Source of the DNA: a virus
Lineage: Duplodnaviria > Caudoviricetes
Strand: one strand, 5' to 3'
Virus record (IMG/VR): IMGVR_UViG_3300024284_000005
Coordinates: 1-41,194 of that record
Length of the DNA: 41,194 nt
Shown: positions 6,628-17,201 of the stretch, in pieces
Position numbering within the stretch: position 1 is the first letter of the stretch
Layout of the letters: each line of letters opens with the position of its first letter
Notes under the pieces: generated by a model
Told to the model about the DNA's origin: nothing
Seen by the model: the letters and a program-made list of their open reading frames with translations, nothing else
Database searches by the model: none
Made by a program: the position numbers and the translations under genes

Positions 6628-8619
6628 GTGACTACGGAACACGACGACTACGGATCTACCGGGTCCTCCGACGACAAAACGACGCGCGAGGACCCGGCCC
6701 TTTGGTGGACTTTGAAGGGCGACGACTTGGCCGCCAAGGTCCACTCGATTGGGGAAGTCTTATGGCAAGACGACGCGAATCGGCGCAACGAAACCGAGAA
6801 AAACTTACGGCGGTTTGGCGGTAGGCAGCTCCGGGGTTTGTTCCAAGGACGCGACCCCGCGCCCGACCTGGACAACGCCCGACTCAACCTCACGAAAGCG
6901 GTAACCGAGACCCTACAAGCGAAGGTCGGATCGATCCGACCGCGCCCCAAGATTCTGGTCAACGGGGCCGACTATGCTTTGGCCACTCGGGCCAAGAAGT
7001 TACAGCGCTTCCTCGACGGGATGTTTCGACAACTCGAGGTCTACAAACACGTCCCTCTGTATTTCCGGGATGCGTGTCTGTCCAACTGCGGGGTGATGCA
7101 CTTCTATCCGGACTACGGCCGCCGTCGGGTCGGGATGGAACGCGTATTCTGCTTGGAGTTGTTGGTCGACCATCTCGAGGCGGTCAACGGGAACCCTGAG
7201 AACCTATGGCGGGTCAAGTTCGTTGATAAAGACGTGCTCAAGGGGATGTTTCCGAAGAAGGCCCGGGAAATCGAGGACCTTTCGCCCATTTCGTATGCGG
7301 ATGTCCCGGAGTTTGTCGACATCGGCGACGACAACTCAGTGAGTCCGGGGCTACGGCAGAACCGGATGGTAAAGATCTATGAGGCTTGGCACCTCGCGCA
7401 CTACCGGGCGGACGGGACCAAGGTTGACGGGGTCCGGGCCGTGGCCGCGGAAGGGCTCCTGCTCGGGTCCGAGCCGTGGTGTTACGACTACTTCCCATTC
7501 AGCGTGTTTTATTGGAGCGCACCCGTAAGGGGGTTTTGGGGGGACTCCGCCGTCGCGGAGATTCGGGGTCTCGAACGGGAATGCAACACGCTTTTGCAAA
7601 AGGTCCAACGCGCCATGCGACTCGTGGGCCAGCCGTGGATATTCAATCCGAACGGCGCCCGGGTGAAGCCCGCCAAGATTACGAACGAAACGGCGTTGAT
7701 TATTCCGTACGACGGTCCGACGCCCCCGACCGTCCAGACGTTCCAACCGATTCATCCCCAAATCATCGAACAAATCTGGACCCTACAGTCCAAGGCTTAC
7801 GCGCAACTCGGAACTAACGAGCTCCAGGTGTCCGCCACGAAGCCCCCCGGGATTGATAGCGGTCGGGGTCTCGAACAACTGTCCGAGGAACACCTCGTAC
7901 GGTTCAAGCACGTAAGTCAGTCGCTAGAGCAAGTCGTCGCGTGTGACTTTTCCCGGCAAATGGTCCGGTGTGCGCGCGACCTCGACGCGTACTTGAAAGA
8001 GCATGGGGTCCGGGAGGGTTATGTCATCCACGCCCAAGCGAACCGCACCCAGCTCAAAATCCGTTGGTCCGAGGCCAGCATTTCCCCGGACGACTTTTGG
8101 ATTGAGACGTGGCCCACCTCGGTTTTGCCGATCACTCCCGCGGGTCGGACCGAAGAAGTGGAACGGTGGCAAGCGAACGGGTGGATTTCGCCCGACCGGG
8201 CACAATCGTTACTCGAGTTCCCCGACCTGGATTCCGAAAGGAACCTAACGACGGCCGATAACGACCTGTTGGACTGGCAACTGGACCAGATGTTGGAGGA
8301 AGGCAACATGGTCTACCCCGAGGTTCGACAGAACCTCGATAACGCACTCCAACGGGGCACGTACGCCCTTACGCGCGGCATCGTTCAACGCATCCCCGAG
8401 GAACGGTTGAATCTCCTACGCGACTATCTGGCCGCCGTCGAGGACCTCCAAGGCCCGCCGCCCGCGCCCCCAATGGCGCCGGGAATGGGTGCGCCTCCGG
8501 GTCCTCCGGGCGGAATGCCGCCGGGTCTTGAAGGCCCGGGAATGCCCCCGGGGCCGCCCATGCCGCCCGGAATGCCTCCGGGTCCTCCGGGGATGCCCCC
8601 CGGGATGCTCCCCACGTAA
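6628..8619 (+). CDS. Portal protein (P22-like), with Pro/Gly/Met-rich tail
   Basis: 663 aa; first gene of the head operon; FPF..FYW..PVRGFWGDS...N motif typical of podoviral portals; MPPG repeats at the C-terminus. Confidence 0.8.
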   Translation: MTTEHDDYGSTGSSDDKTTREDPALWWTLKGDDLAAKVHSIGEVLWQDDANRRNETEKNLRRFGGRQLRGLFQGRDPAPDLDNARLNLTKAVTETLQAKVGSIRPRPKILVNGADYALATRAKKLQRFLDGMFRQLEVYKHVPLYFRDACLSNCGVMHFYPDYGRRRVGMERVFCLELLVDHLEAVNGNPENLWRVKFVDKDVLKGMFPKKAREIEDLSPISYADVPEFVDIGDDNSVSPGLRQNRMVKIYEAWHLAHYRADGTKVDGVRAVAAEGLLLGSEPWCYDYFPFSVFYWSAPVRGFWGDSAVAEIRGLERECNTLLQKVQRAMRLVGQPWIFNPNGARVKPAKITNETALIIPYDGPTPPTVQTFQPIHPQIIEQIWTLQSKAYAQLGTNELQVSATKPPGIDSGRGLEQLSEEHLVRFKHVSQSLEQVVACDFSRQMVRCARDLDAYLKEHGVREGYVIHAQANRTQLKIRWSEASISPDDFWIETWPTSVLPITPAGRTEEVERWQANGWISPDRAQSLLEFPDLDSERNLTTADNDLLDWQLDQMLEEGNMVYPEVRQNLDNALQRGTYALTRGIVQRIPEERLNLLRDYLAAVEDLQGPPPAPPMAPGMGAPPGPPGGMPPGLEGPGMPPGPPMPPGMPPGPPGMPPGMLPT

Positions 8620-8625
8620 AGCCAC

Positions 8626-9618
8626 ATGTCCACGCCCGACACTACGGCCGCCCCCGCGGCCCCCGTAACGCCCCCGCCCACCGCCCCCGAAGGCGCCGCC
8701 CCCGCCGATTACCACCCATCCCAAGATGATGCCGCGGGACTCGCCGCCTACCGCGAAGTCCGGGCCGCCCAAGTTCCCCCGGACCCGGACGTTCCCGTTT
8801 CCGTTCCGGCCCCCGACGCGGGCGCGCAACCCGCCGCGGCTCCGCCCGCCGAAAGTGCGGAGGACGCCAAGCTCGCGAAGATCTTCAATCGGATTAGCCG
8901 ACTCGAGGACGAGCGCAACCAAGCAACCCGGGCCGTGCAAGAGCGCGAAGCCGAAGTTGCACGCTTGAAGGAACGGGCGGCCTACGCCGACCAGTACGAA
9001 AAGGACCTCGCCGAGTTCCGTGAGGACCCCGAGCGGTTCTTTACTAAGATCAAATGGGACCGTCAGACCATCGAAGACTATATCGCGCATGGCCCCCGTA
9101 AGGTCGATACCGCGGTAGCAGCCACCGAACGCCGGACCCAAGAGCTCGAGGCCCGGTTGGCGAAGTTCGAAAAGGCGGAAGCCGAACGCGAGTTGGCCAA
9201 CCGTCGCGAGCAGTACAAAGCCGCCTTGCCGGCCCAGCTCGCCGGCAAAGAGGACCAGTATCCGCACGTCTTCGCCTTCTACGACAAACCGCACGAATTG
9301 GCCGAAGCCCTGTTTGGCGTAATGTCAGAAGCCTACCGCGGACAGAATCGAGAAATGACCCCGGACGAAACCGCGGCAGTTCTTGAGTCTACTTTGGCCT
9401 CACACGCCGAGCGATTGAATCGGACCCGTAGCAAGTCCCCCGCCGGGACGAATCCTCCGAACCCCCCGGCTCCCGTCGGCGGCCCAAAGCCCGCCCCTAC
9501 GCCGACGCTTACGAATAATCCTCCTGCTACGAGACCCCCTCCTCCCTCCGATTCTGACAACGACGACGACCTATTAGAGATCGCGAGACAAACCCTGCGT
9601 AAGGGTCGCGCCGCCTAG
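8626..9618 (+). CDS. Capsid scaffolding protein
   Basis: Between portal and capsid; Pro/Ala-rich ends, central coiled coil, C-terminal acidic then basic helix. Confidence 0.72.
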   Translation: MSTPDTTAAPAAPVTPPPTAPEGAAPADYHPSQDDAAGLAAYREVRAAQVPPDPDVPVSVPAPDAGAQPAAAPPAESAEDAKLAKIFNRISRLEDERNQATRAVQEREAEVARLKERAAYADQYEKDLAEFREDPERFFTKIKWDRQTIEDYIAHGPRKVDTAVAATERRTQELEARLAKFEKAEAERELANRREQYKAALPAQLAGKEDQYPHVFAFYDKPHELAEALFGVMSEAYRGQNREMTPDETAAVLESTLASHAERLNRTRSKSPAGTNPPNPPAPVGGPKPAPTPTLTNNPPATRPPPPSDSDNDDDLLEIARQTLRKGRAA

Positions 9619-9647
9619 TACTTCCCGTCCCGCTTCGCTTATTTCTT

Positions 9648-10853
9648 ATGCCTTCCCTAGACGTCACCGCGGCGGATGCCGCGCTCAAACAAATGTATCC
9701 GTCGCGACGGGTCAAGTTCGTGGGTTATGAAGGTAACCCGCTGCTTGCTCTGATGCCGAAGGATGAGAATTTCCAGGGGCGTAATATGCCTTTGGTCATC
9801 TGGTACGGCGGCAACCAAGGCGCGTCCCGTAGCTTTGCTACGGCCCAAGCCAACAAGACCCCCGGCCTTTACGAAGACTTCCTGTTGACTCGTGTGAAGG
9901 ACTACGCCCTTTCGAGCATCGAGCTCGAGGCGATTCTGGCGTCCGAGTCCGACGAAGGCTCGTTCCTGCGAATGGCCCGGTCGGAGATCGATAACACGGT
10001 CCGCACGTGTGCCCGTAACCTTGCGATTTCCATGTATCGCGACCACGGTGGCGCGCGCGGCCGTATTGCGGTCGGTGGCATCTCGGGCACGACTTTGACC
10101 CTCGAGAAACCCGCCGACATCACGAACTTCGAAAAGGGGATGAAGCTTATCCAAAGCACCACGGACGGCCTAACGGGCGCCGCGGGTGCGGCGGCGGCGG
10201 TCACCATTACGGGGGTCAACCGACGCGCAGGGACCCTTACGGCGGCGGCTTGGACTGGCTTTACGGCCCAAGACTATCTATTCCGCCAAGGCGACTTTGG
10301 TGTTGCAGCGAATGGTTTGGCCGAGTGGATCCCGGAGACGGCACCCGCCCCGGGCACTCCGTTCCTCGGGGTCGACCGTGCTTCGGACACTCGCCTTTAC
10401 GGTCAGTTTCAAGATGGTTCGTCGCAGACCATCATCGAGGCTTTGGAGGACGCGGACTCCAAGATCCATACTGAGGGCGGCGTAACAACTCACGGTATGC
10501 TCAACCCGGTCGACCTCAACAACCTTCGCAAGTTGCTCGGGTCCGACGTGGTCTACGATAAGGTCAAGTCGCCCGACATGGCCACCATTTCCTTTTCGTC
10601 GATCAAGATGATGGGTATGGGTGGGTCCTACGACCTGATTGCAGACCGTAACGTTCCCGTCGGCCGTGCGTGGCTGCTCGACATGAAAACTTGGGTCGCC
10701 GCGTCGCTCGGGGGCCAGCCTCGGGTTCTCGAGGGCTTGGGGAATAAGTTTATCTGGGATTCGAACGCGGACAGCATCGAGATCCGGGTCGGGTACTACG
10801 GCAACATCGGTTGTTTCGCGCCTTCGTACAACTGCCAAGTCAAGTTCTACTAA
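9648..10853 (+). CDS. Major capsid protein
   Basis: 401 aa after scaffold; HK97-fold-like pattern (long helix ARNLAISMYRD, C-terminal EIRVGYYGNIGC.AP). Confidence 0.8.
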   Translation: MPSLDVTAADAALKQMYPSRRVKFVGYEGNPLLALMPKDENFQGRNMPLVIWYGGNQGASRSFATAQANKTPGLYEDFLLTRVKDYALSSIELEAILASESDEGSFLRMARSEIDNTVRTCARNLAISMYRDHGGARGRIAVGGISGTTLTLEKPADITNFEKGMKLIQSTTDGLTGAAGAAAAVTITGVNRRAGTLTAAAWTGFTAQDYLFRQGDFGVAANGLAEWIPETAPAPGTPFLGVDRASDTRLYGQFQDGSSQTIIEALEDADSKIHTEGGVTTHGMLNPVDLNNLRKLLGSDVVYDKVKSPDMATISFSSIKMMGMGGSYDLIADRNVPVGRAWLLDMKTWVAASLGGQPRVLEGLGNKFIWDSNADSIEIRVGYYGNIGCFAPSYNCQVKFY

Positions 10854-10868
10854 AGGGGGGTCGTAAAC

Positions 10869-11246
10869 ATGGCTCTCTATAGAAACATGTGGCGGGACCT
10901 CAAGGTCACCACGCCCTTCGTAGTCGACGTACTCGGTAAAGCCACCTACGGCGGATCGGGTGCGATCGCGTCGCAAACGGGACGCGGCGGCACCATTGCC
11001 AAGGTTTCCGGCGCGGGCAAATACAGTCTGACGCTGGACGCTCGGGGTGGGGTCGCCGATGTGTTGTATGCCGACTTTATGTTGGTCCATGCGACCAACG
11101 TCTACACGGTCCAGGTGACCAGCATCAACCTAACCACCGGGGTCATTGGCTTCACGGTTTCGTTGGCGGGTACCCCGACGGACCCGGTTACCGGCGTCAC
11201 CCTCGGTTACCGCGTGGCCGTCCAGAACGCGAGATACACCGGCTAA
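10869..11246 (+). CDS. Probable capsid decoration / minor virion protein
   Basis: Beta-rich 125 aa right after capsid, strong G-rich RBS, followed by terminator. Confidence 0.55.
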   Translation: MALYRNMWRDLKVTTPFVVDVLGKATYGGSGAIASQTGRGGTIAKVSGAGKYSLTLDARGGVADVLYADFMLVHATNVYTVQVTSINLTTGVIGFTVSLAGTPTDPVTGVTLGYRVAVQNARYTG

Positions 11247-11273
11247 TCCCCTGCGGCTTAGCCATTACGTGGA

Positions 11274-11323
11274 GGACCCCGGACGCGCACTCAATGGTGG
11301 GTGCTGCCCCGGGGTTTTCTTTT
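11274..11323 (+). terminator. Intrinsic terminator after capsid genes
   Basis: ACCCCGG...GCACTCA/TGGGTGC...CCGGGGT hairpin followed by TTTCTTTT. Confidence 0.75.
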
Positions 11324-11339
11324 GCCCCCGGTCCCCCTT

Positions 11340-12011
11340 ATGCCTGCCTTAGTCACCACCGCCGCAAATATTCTTACTGAGGCCCGCTACCGTGCGGACG
11401 CTCAGACCCTCACGCCCGCCACCGACTTCACCACGGATGATGAGCTCCTAACGATCCTTACCAAAGCGACCCGGGAGTTCTTGGACCTGCTCATTTCGTG
11501 TGACGACGCTTCGATTGAGTTGCTCGCCGTCCAGGCCCAACTGGTCCCCCCGACGTATGACCTCCCGACTGACTTCTACCGGTTGATCGACGCGGAGTGC
11601 CCGGACCAAACCACTTCGAACAAGTGGCTCCAGATGCGCCAGTTCAACTGGCGGGAACGCAACGACTTCCAAGACGAAGTCCGCCCGCGGTTTCGCATCG
11701 TCGGGAACCAATTGAAGCTGGCCCCGCCGACGGCCCGCCCCAAGACCGTGCAGATCTATTACGTCCCGTACGGCATCCCTTTGATTTCGACGTCCCCGAT
11801 CACCACCTACAACGGTTGGGATGACTTCCTAGTGTCTACCGTGGCACTCCATATCGTTACGAAGGAGGATCGGGACCCCGGGGTGATGCTGGCGCTTCGC
11901 CAGTCGGCAACCGAACGTATCCGGGAAGCGTGTCGCAATCTGGTCACCGCGAACACCCTTACGGTGGGGCGTGTCGAGTACCAGTACGAAGAAATCTACG
12001 ACCTGATCTAA
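11340..12011 (+). CDS. Head-tail adaptor / tail tubular protein A-like
   Basis: ATG at 11340; helical N-terminus, YDLPTDF motif, QLKLAP beta region; position after capsid. Confidence 0.7.
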   Translation: MPALVTTAANILTEARYRADAQTLTPATDFTTDDELLTILTKATREFLDLLISCDDASIELLAVQAQLVPPTYDLPTDFYRLIDAECPDQTTSNKWLQMRQFNWRERNDFQDEVRPRFRIVGNQLKLAPPTARPKTVQIYYVPYGIPLISTSPITTYNGWDDFLVSTVALHIVTKEDRDPGVMLALRQSATERIREACRNLVTANTLTVGRVEYQYEEIYDLI

Positions 12012-12016
12012 TCCCC

Positions 12017-13987
12017 ATGCGTAGACCTGTACCGCCCGCAACTTTCAAAACGTTGGTCCCCGAGACCCGGACCGACCTACAACGACTCCGCGACCACTCT
12101 AAGGATATTCTAGACTGGATCGATGAGCACTCGGGCGGCGGCGCCGGGACCATCACCGAAATCGACGCCGGACCCGGGATTGCAGTGACCGACGGCACCG
12201 GACCCGTGGTCACCGTGGCGGCCGACTTCGGGACGGGCGCGGGCCAGATTCCGACCACGGCCGATGTGTCTTCCCGTCTGTATGCGGACTTCGACGCGAA
12301 CTACGCAAACAAGGCGACACCTGTGGCCGCGGACCAGGTCGCGATCAACGACTCGGCCGCGGGAGGGGTGCCGAAGTACGCGTCGGTAACCTCGTTGCTA
12401 GCCGCCGCGCCAATTGCAGTTAGCGGTAATCCGTACGTAGATCCGCCGCTAGTTCCGAACGCGTTTGACGACGAGTTTGACGGCGGCTCGCCCGACCTCG
12501 CCTCGAGGGGTTATTCGGTAACCAATAGCGCGGGTACAACGTTGACACGCGCAGGTGCAGTAGACCCTTGGAATGCTACCGGGCCTGTTGCGGGCACTTA
12601 TCTGTCCTCGATCGTTGGTTCACAGCTGCTCGTGCAGTTTCCTAACGTCGCCTCTACCTACACGATATCAAAGCCCGTCGTCCTCGCTAGCGGCGATACG
12701 TACTTCGCACGCGTGGGCAGCTCCAATCGCTTCGACTCGGGCACGCAAAGCAATACATTAGAGTTCGGCTTCTACGCGACCGCTGGTGGCACTGCTGACA
12801 CCAACAACCGCATCTATGTCTCTAGCTTTTCGACAAGCTCTGGCGCTTCAGGCGTCGAGATGTTCAGAGGTACGGCGGGTGCGTACTCGGGCTCTACAAG
12901 GTCGCCAATTGGCGCTCAGATCGGTGACATACGAGGTGTCAACTGGGTGAGCGGCACGACTTACCGGCCATTCCTAGTCGATTCGAGCGATGGCGACACG
13001 CAGACCACGAACGTCACAGGCGCCATTGCCTCAACTGCAGTGCAAGTCGTCGCGTTTCGGTTCACGCCCAATACGGCTTGGGGTGGAACAATGCCAGTCG
13101 TAATCTCGATTGACTTCGTACGTAAGACGACGGCCAATGCATGGATAGCCCAGACCCCGCGGCCCGTGTTATGGAACGTCGTCAGCGGAGACATAAGCCA
13201 GTACCCGTCCAAGCCCACGCCCGTAGCCACTGATCAGATCTACATCGCAGACTCGGCGGCTTCGAACGCGATAAAGCGGGCGACGCTTGCAACGATCGGT
13301 GTCACGGCTCCATGGCTTACGCCTCCGACATCGCCCGATTTTGCCGATGAGTTTTTATCTGATTCTCTGCTGGCCAACTTCAGCATCTATAACAGGACGA
13401 ATAGCACCGCGGTCACTACTCGGCTCGGAGATGTCGATTGGCACTCCAGTGGTACCGCAATCGGAAATAGCCAGTATAGATCGTCACTTCTAGGCGGGAT
13501 GCTATTCGTACAGATACCGGCATCCAAGGACTATGTCATCTATAGGGCTGTAACGGCAGGAGATCGCGAATACACAGCGCGAATGGAGTGCCTCGGCTAC
13601 GGGGCATATGCGTTCCTAATAGTTAGTGCATCCTCTGCTGGCCTACCTGACCTTCCGAACTGCACTTTTATCGGTTGGGATCCGCAGGCTTCAGTCGATT
13701 TACAAAGATACCAAAACGTGGGCGGTGCGGCCACTAACGATGGTGTTGGTGCTGGCTATCCAGACATGCACGCTGTGGTTGAGCGGTTCACCTTGGGAAC
13801 AACCCGTGAGTCATACCACTACAGCATCATAGGCGGCCGTTGTAAGAGACACACAACCCGCACTTTTACCCCTACGCGTGCATTCTTTGGCTTTCGCTTG
13901 GGTAGTGGCAGCACGACCGAGTCTACGGTGTTTATGCTGGACTTCATACGCGAACAAGCGGCCACTGGATGGGTAGTCTCGCAATAG
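12017..13987 (+). CDS. Tail fibre / receptor-binding protein with two tandem lectin-like (ConA/GH16-fold) modules
   Basis: ATG at 12017; IDAGPGIAVT shaft motif; duplicated K.TPVA.DQ..I.DSAA linker, F.DEF start and DF[VI]R end; lower GC in the 3' part. Confidence 0.75.
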   Translation: MRRPVPPATFKTLVPETRTDLQRLRDHSKDILDWIDEHSGGGAGTITEIDAGPGIAVTDGTGPVVTVAADFGTGAGQIPTTADVSSRLYADFDANYANKATPVAADQVAINDSAAGGVPKYASVTSLLAAAPIAVSGNPYVDPPLVPNAFDDEFDGGSPDLASRGYSVTNSAGTTLTRAGAVDPWNATGPVAGTYLSSIVGSQLLVQFPNVASTYTISKPVVLASGDTYFARVGSSNRFDSGTQSNTLEFGFYATAGGTADTNNRIYVSSFSTSSGASGVEMFRGTAGAYSGSTRSPIGAQIGDIRGVNWVSGTTYRPFLVDSSDGDTQTTNVTGAIASTAVQVVAFRFTPNTAWGGTMPVVISIDFVRKTTANAWIAQTPRPVLWNVVSGDISQYPSKPTPVATDQIYIADSAASNAIKRATLATIGVTAPWLTPPTSPDFADEFLSDSLLANFSIYNRTNSTAVTTRLGDVDWHSSGTAIGNSQYRSSLLGGMLFVQIPASKDYVIYRAVTAGDREYTARMECLGYGAYAFLIVSASSAGLPDLPNCTFIGWDPQASVDLQRYQNVGGAATNDGVGAGYPDMHAVVERFTLGTTRESYHYSIIGGRCKRHTTRTFTPTRAFFGFRLGSGSTTESTVFMLDFIREQAATGWVVSQ

Positions 13988-13997
13988 AAAACGTCTT

Positions 13998-16900
13998 ATG
14001 CCTCTAGAACCCCAAACCAAAGAAATCCCCTTCCGCTTCGGACTCGACGTCACCGAGGACGAAGAAGGCCAACCGAACGGGGCCTTGGAGCTCGTCAACT
14101 ATGATTTCGACGAAGACGGGGTCTTACTACGTCGAGGCGGGTTCGTACGGGTCGAGGTGTTAGGATCCAACCTATCCAAGTTCCTCCCCGACGCGCCCGG
14201 GGCCGAACGCGGTTATCCTCGGTTGCTGCTACAAGACGCCCAAGCGCCGGTGGCCATCGACAACGACCTAACCGCCCGCATTACCCAGACCATCACGACC
14301 TTGTCCCCGGGTGCCCGAATCCAACACGTCGACATGGCCTTCGCGTTGGGCTGTGTTTGTGTCGCGACGGTATGCAGCGGGGAAACGTCCACCGACAACA
14401 CGATCTACTACCAACGTCCCGCCGACTTCATAACGTTTATTCACGTTATCGACGCGACCTCCGGGGCGATCTACTTTACGACCAGCTACCCCGCGTATTG
14501 TGCCCGGGTGGCAGTGGCCACGAACGCGACGACGGGCGCCCAAGCCTTCATATTCTGCTTGGCGGCGGGTAACGCCTTCACAGCCCCCAACTCGGTCGTG
14601 GCTTACACGCTTTGGCAACCGACCCCGGGGATCAATGTCTTCGCGGTACTCCCAACCACCATCACCGTCACCACGCTACTGTCGACGGGGGATTCGCAGA
14701 GTAGTGTCCCGGTCAACCGCACGGTGGACATGGCTTCCCTCGACAACGGTACTTGCCAGGTGACATGGCTGGAAGGGAAAGCGACGTTGACGTGGAAGGC
14801 GTGGAACCTACGTTGGGATGCCTTCGGAACTGTCGTTGTGGGTTTGGCTTCCGTGCTTCCCGTTGTACCGACCCGCGCACAGTGTTGGGTGTGGAACGCC
14901 GCGGGGACTCCGATCTACGGATGCATGACGGCGGTCGGGGATCCGAACATCGTGATTGTCTATGCGGGGTCCGCCTACACGATCGGCACAAGCAACACCC
15001 ACCTTGTGAATTTGACGTTGTCGTCCACCGGAGTGTCGGGCGAATTCCTAGTATCGTGGAATACCCAGATCATATTTTCCGCGACGGCGGGTTGGGGCAA
15101 AGGCGACATCAAATACCGAACGTTCCGGACCAGTGGTCCCCCGGGTCCGTCCGGTTCGGAAAAGACCTACTACGGGATGCAAGTTGCCACCGAAGCGGAA
15201 ACGATAAACGGCCGCTTTAGGATGGGGATCTCCGCCACGGCGGTCCCCGAGACCCAATACGCCAACCTAAGTTTGGTCTACTATGATGTCAACTTGGGCG
15301 TGTTGCTCGCTGAGGGCCAGTTGGCGTACGACGAGTGGGGGTATTGGATCAACTACCCGTTCGAAGATCTCAACGAGTTCTTTTTCACGTATCCGCCGCC
15401 GTTAGTCGCGATCGGGGTCTCCGGGATGATTCCCGTTCCGGTGGCGATGGAGTCCGGCCCGGCCGTACAAGGGCGCCGGTCCCGCGGGGTCCGCCGGCTA
15501 CGAATCGCCTACTTTGAATCGACGTCCGAATACTTCCACACGGCCCACCTGCAGCACACGCATTTCCTAACGGGTTCCTATCTGGCCGCCTCGGACGAAA
15601 CCCGGGTATTTCCCGCCGCGTTCTTGGTCGCCCCCGCGATTGTCCCGCAAACCTTCCCGCCGTCTAACCCGAATGTGTGGGGTTACGTGGCGCTTTTCGA
15701 ATATGTAGATTTCCACGGCAACATACAGGTGTCGCCGCCGTCCCCGACGCTTATTTACACCCACGCGTCCGCCACGGCCCCGACCCCGACCCTCGAGATC
15801 CAGGTTCCCGATATCCTCCGGGACTTCGCATCCCTATCAAAGTTCCAAGTGCATGCCGTCCGGGTCAAGGTCTACCGGACCCAGATGAACAAGTCGGAAT
15901 ACAACTTGATCTACGCGACGCACGTGGCCGACGCGGGAACCGGGGGTATCGTCACCTTTACGGATTCGATGTCCGATACCAACGCAGCCTTGGGCGAAAC
16001 GCTCTACTCGACGGGGGGCGTGTTGGCCTCCGAATTGGCCCCGCCGTTGACCCACCTTACAGCCCACCGCAATCGACTCTTCGGGGTGCGCTCGGACATC
16101 CCCGAAACGATCATGTTCACCACCGAGACTTTCGAGCCAAACTTTCCCCGGTGGAATTCGTCGTTGTCGTTGCGCGTGGACAACCAAGGCGGACCCCCGT
16201 TGGCCGTCGCGTCGATGTACGACAAGTTGGTTATCCTGCAGCACCAACAAATCTGTGTGGTCACCGGCGAAGGACCCGATGCGTTGGGCCAAGGCATTTT
16301 CTCGATGCCCGAGACCATCGCCCGGGGAGTCGGAGTCGAACCGGGCCAAGTCGGGTCCGTGGTCGAAACCCCCATCGGCGTGATGTTCGCGCACCGCACG
16401 GGAATCCACCTGCTAACCCCCGGCCTCGAGATTGTCCCGATCGGTCGGGCACTCGGGGGCAAAAACTTCGGCGAAGAACATCCCATCCACCGCGCACGGT
16501 TTCTCCCTTCCCGTTCTCAAGTCTGGTTCTTGGCGCAGGATGTTGTATTCGTCTACGACCTTCGTACTTCCCGGTGGACCACGTTTACCGGCGTTTGGGA
16601 TACCTTTTGGGATGTGGCCGAGTGTGACGGACAGGTCTATGCGATCTCACAGATCCCCGGGTCCCCGAGCGGAAATTACACGCTCTTCCGCTACTCGTTC
16701 GACGACCGCCGCGACCAAGACCCCGCCGTAGATACCGAATCGCTGGTCGGGTTCCCGCAAAAGATCGGCCTTCCGTGGTTGCGACGCGACCGGGTCCAAC
16801 AGATGCGGTTGTGGAAGGTGTTTGTGTCCGGGTCGCAAGAGGGCGGATGGGCCGACGACCAAGCGGACGTGGTCGTAGAGGCATTCTCCCAACAGGCCGA

Positions 16901-17153
16901 ACGCGACAAAAGCTCGACGGTCGCCGACAACACCTACATCTGGTCCGCTGCCACCCTCCAAGCGGAACCCGAAAACTTCCTGCTCGGGGGGCGTTTGGTC
17001 TCCCAACGGGGCCGGGCCTTACGGTGTCGGGTGCGGATCCAGCCGTCGCCCACATACACCGGAGGACCGCTCTTCCGCCTCTCAGCGGTCACCTACGACT
17101 ACGGGGTACTCCCCACCCGGGGCAAAGCCCGCGCCCGTCCAAGCGCCTTCTAG
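13998..17153 (+). CDS. Tail nozzle / tail tubular protein B-like
   Basis: 1051 aa, beta-rich; LVNYDFDEDGVLLRRGG N-terminus, HRNRLF and FVYDLRTSRWT propeller-like motifs; position. Confidence 0.7.
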   Translation: MPLEPQTKEIPFRFGLDVTEDEEGQPNGALELVNYDFDEDGVLLRRGGFVRVEVLGSNLSKFLPDAPGAERGYPRLLLQDAQAPVAIDNDLTARITQTITTLSPGARIQHVDMAFALGCVCVATVCSGETSTDNTIYYQRPADFITFIHVIDATSGAIYFTTSYPAYCARVAVATNATTGAQAFIFCLAAGNAFTAPNSVVAYTLWQPTPGINVFAVLPTTITVTTLLSTGDSQSSVPVNRTVDMASLDNGTCQVTWLEGKATLTWKAWNLRWDAFGTVVVGLASVLPVVPTRAQCWVWNAAGTPIYGCMTAVGDPNIVIVYAGSAYTIGTSNTHLVNLTLSSTGVSGEFLVSWNTQIIFSATAGWGKGDIKYRTFRTSGPPGPSGSEKTYYGMQVATEAETINGRFRMGISATAVPETQYANLSLVYYDVNLGVLLAEGQLAYDEWGYWINYPFEDLNEFFFTYPPPLVAIGVSGMIPVPVAMESGPAVQGRRSRGVRRLRIAYFESTSEYFHTAHLQHTHFLTGSYLAASDETRVFPAAFLVAPAIVPQTFPPSNPNVWGYVALFEYVDFHGNIQVSPPSPTLIYTHASATAPTPTLEIQVPDILRDFASLSKFQVHAVRVKVYRTQMNKSEYNLIYATHVADAGTGGIVTFTDSMSDTNAALGETLYSTGGVLASELAPPLTHLTAHRNRLFGVRSDIPETIMFTTETFEPNFPRWNSSLSLRVDNQGGPPLAVASMYDKLVILQHQQICVVTGEGPDALGQGIFSMPETIARGVGVEPGQVGSVVETPIGVMFAHRTGIHLLTPGLEIVPIGRALGGKNFGEEHPIHRARFLPSRSQVWFLAQDVVFVYDLRTSRWTTFTGVWDTFWDVAECDGQVYAISQIPGSPSGNYTLFRYSFDDRRDQDPAVDTESLVGFPQKIGLPWLRRDRVQQMRLWKVFVSGSQEGGWADDQADVVVEAFSQQAERDKSSTVADNTYIWSAATLQAEPENFLLGGRLVSQRGRALRCRVRIQPSPTYTGGPLFRLSAVTYDYGVLPTRGKARARPSAF

Positions 17154-17201
17154 GGCCCGCCCCGACGTCTCCTAGCGGGTTGGAGAGAGGCCCGCCCAAC
17201 G

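Noticed and set aside
12017-13987. Diversity-generating retroelement target or invertible tail-fibre cassette
   Set aside because: No reverse transcriptase, template repeat or invertase; the internal duplication is old and protein-level
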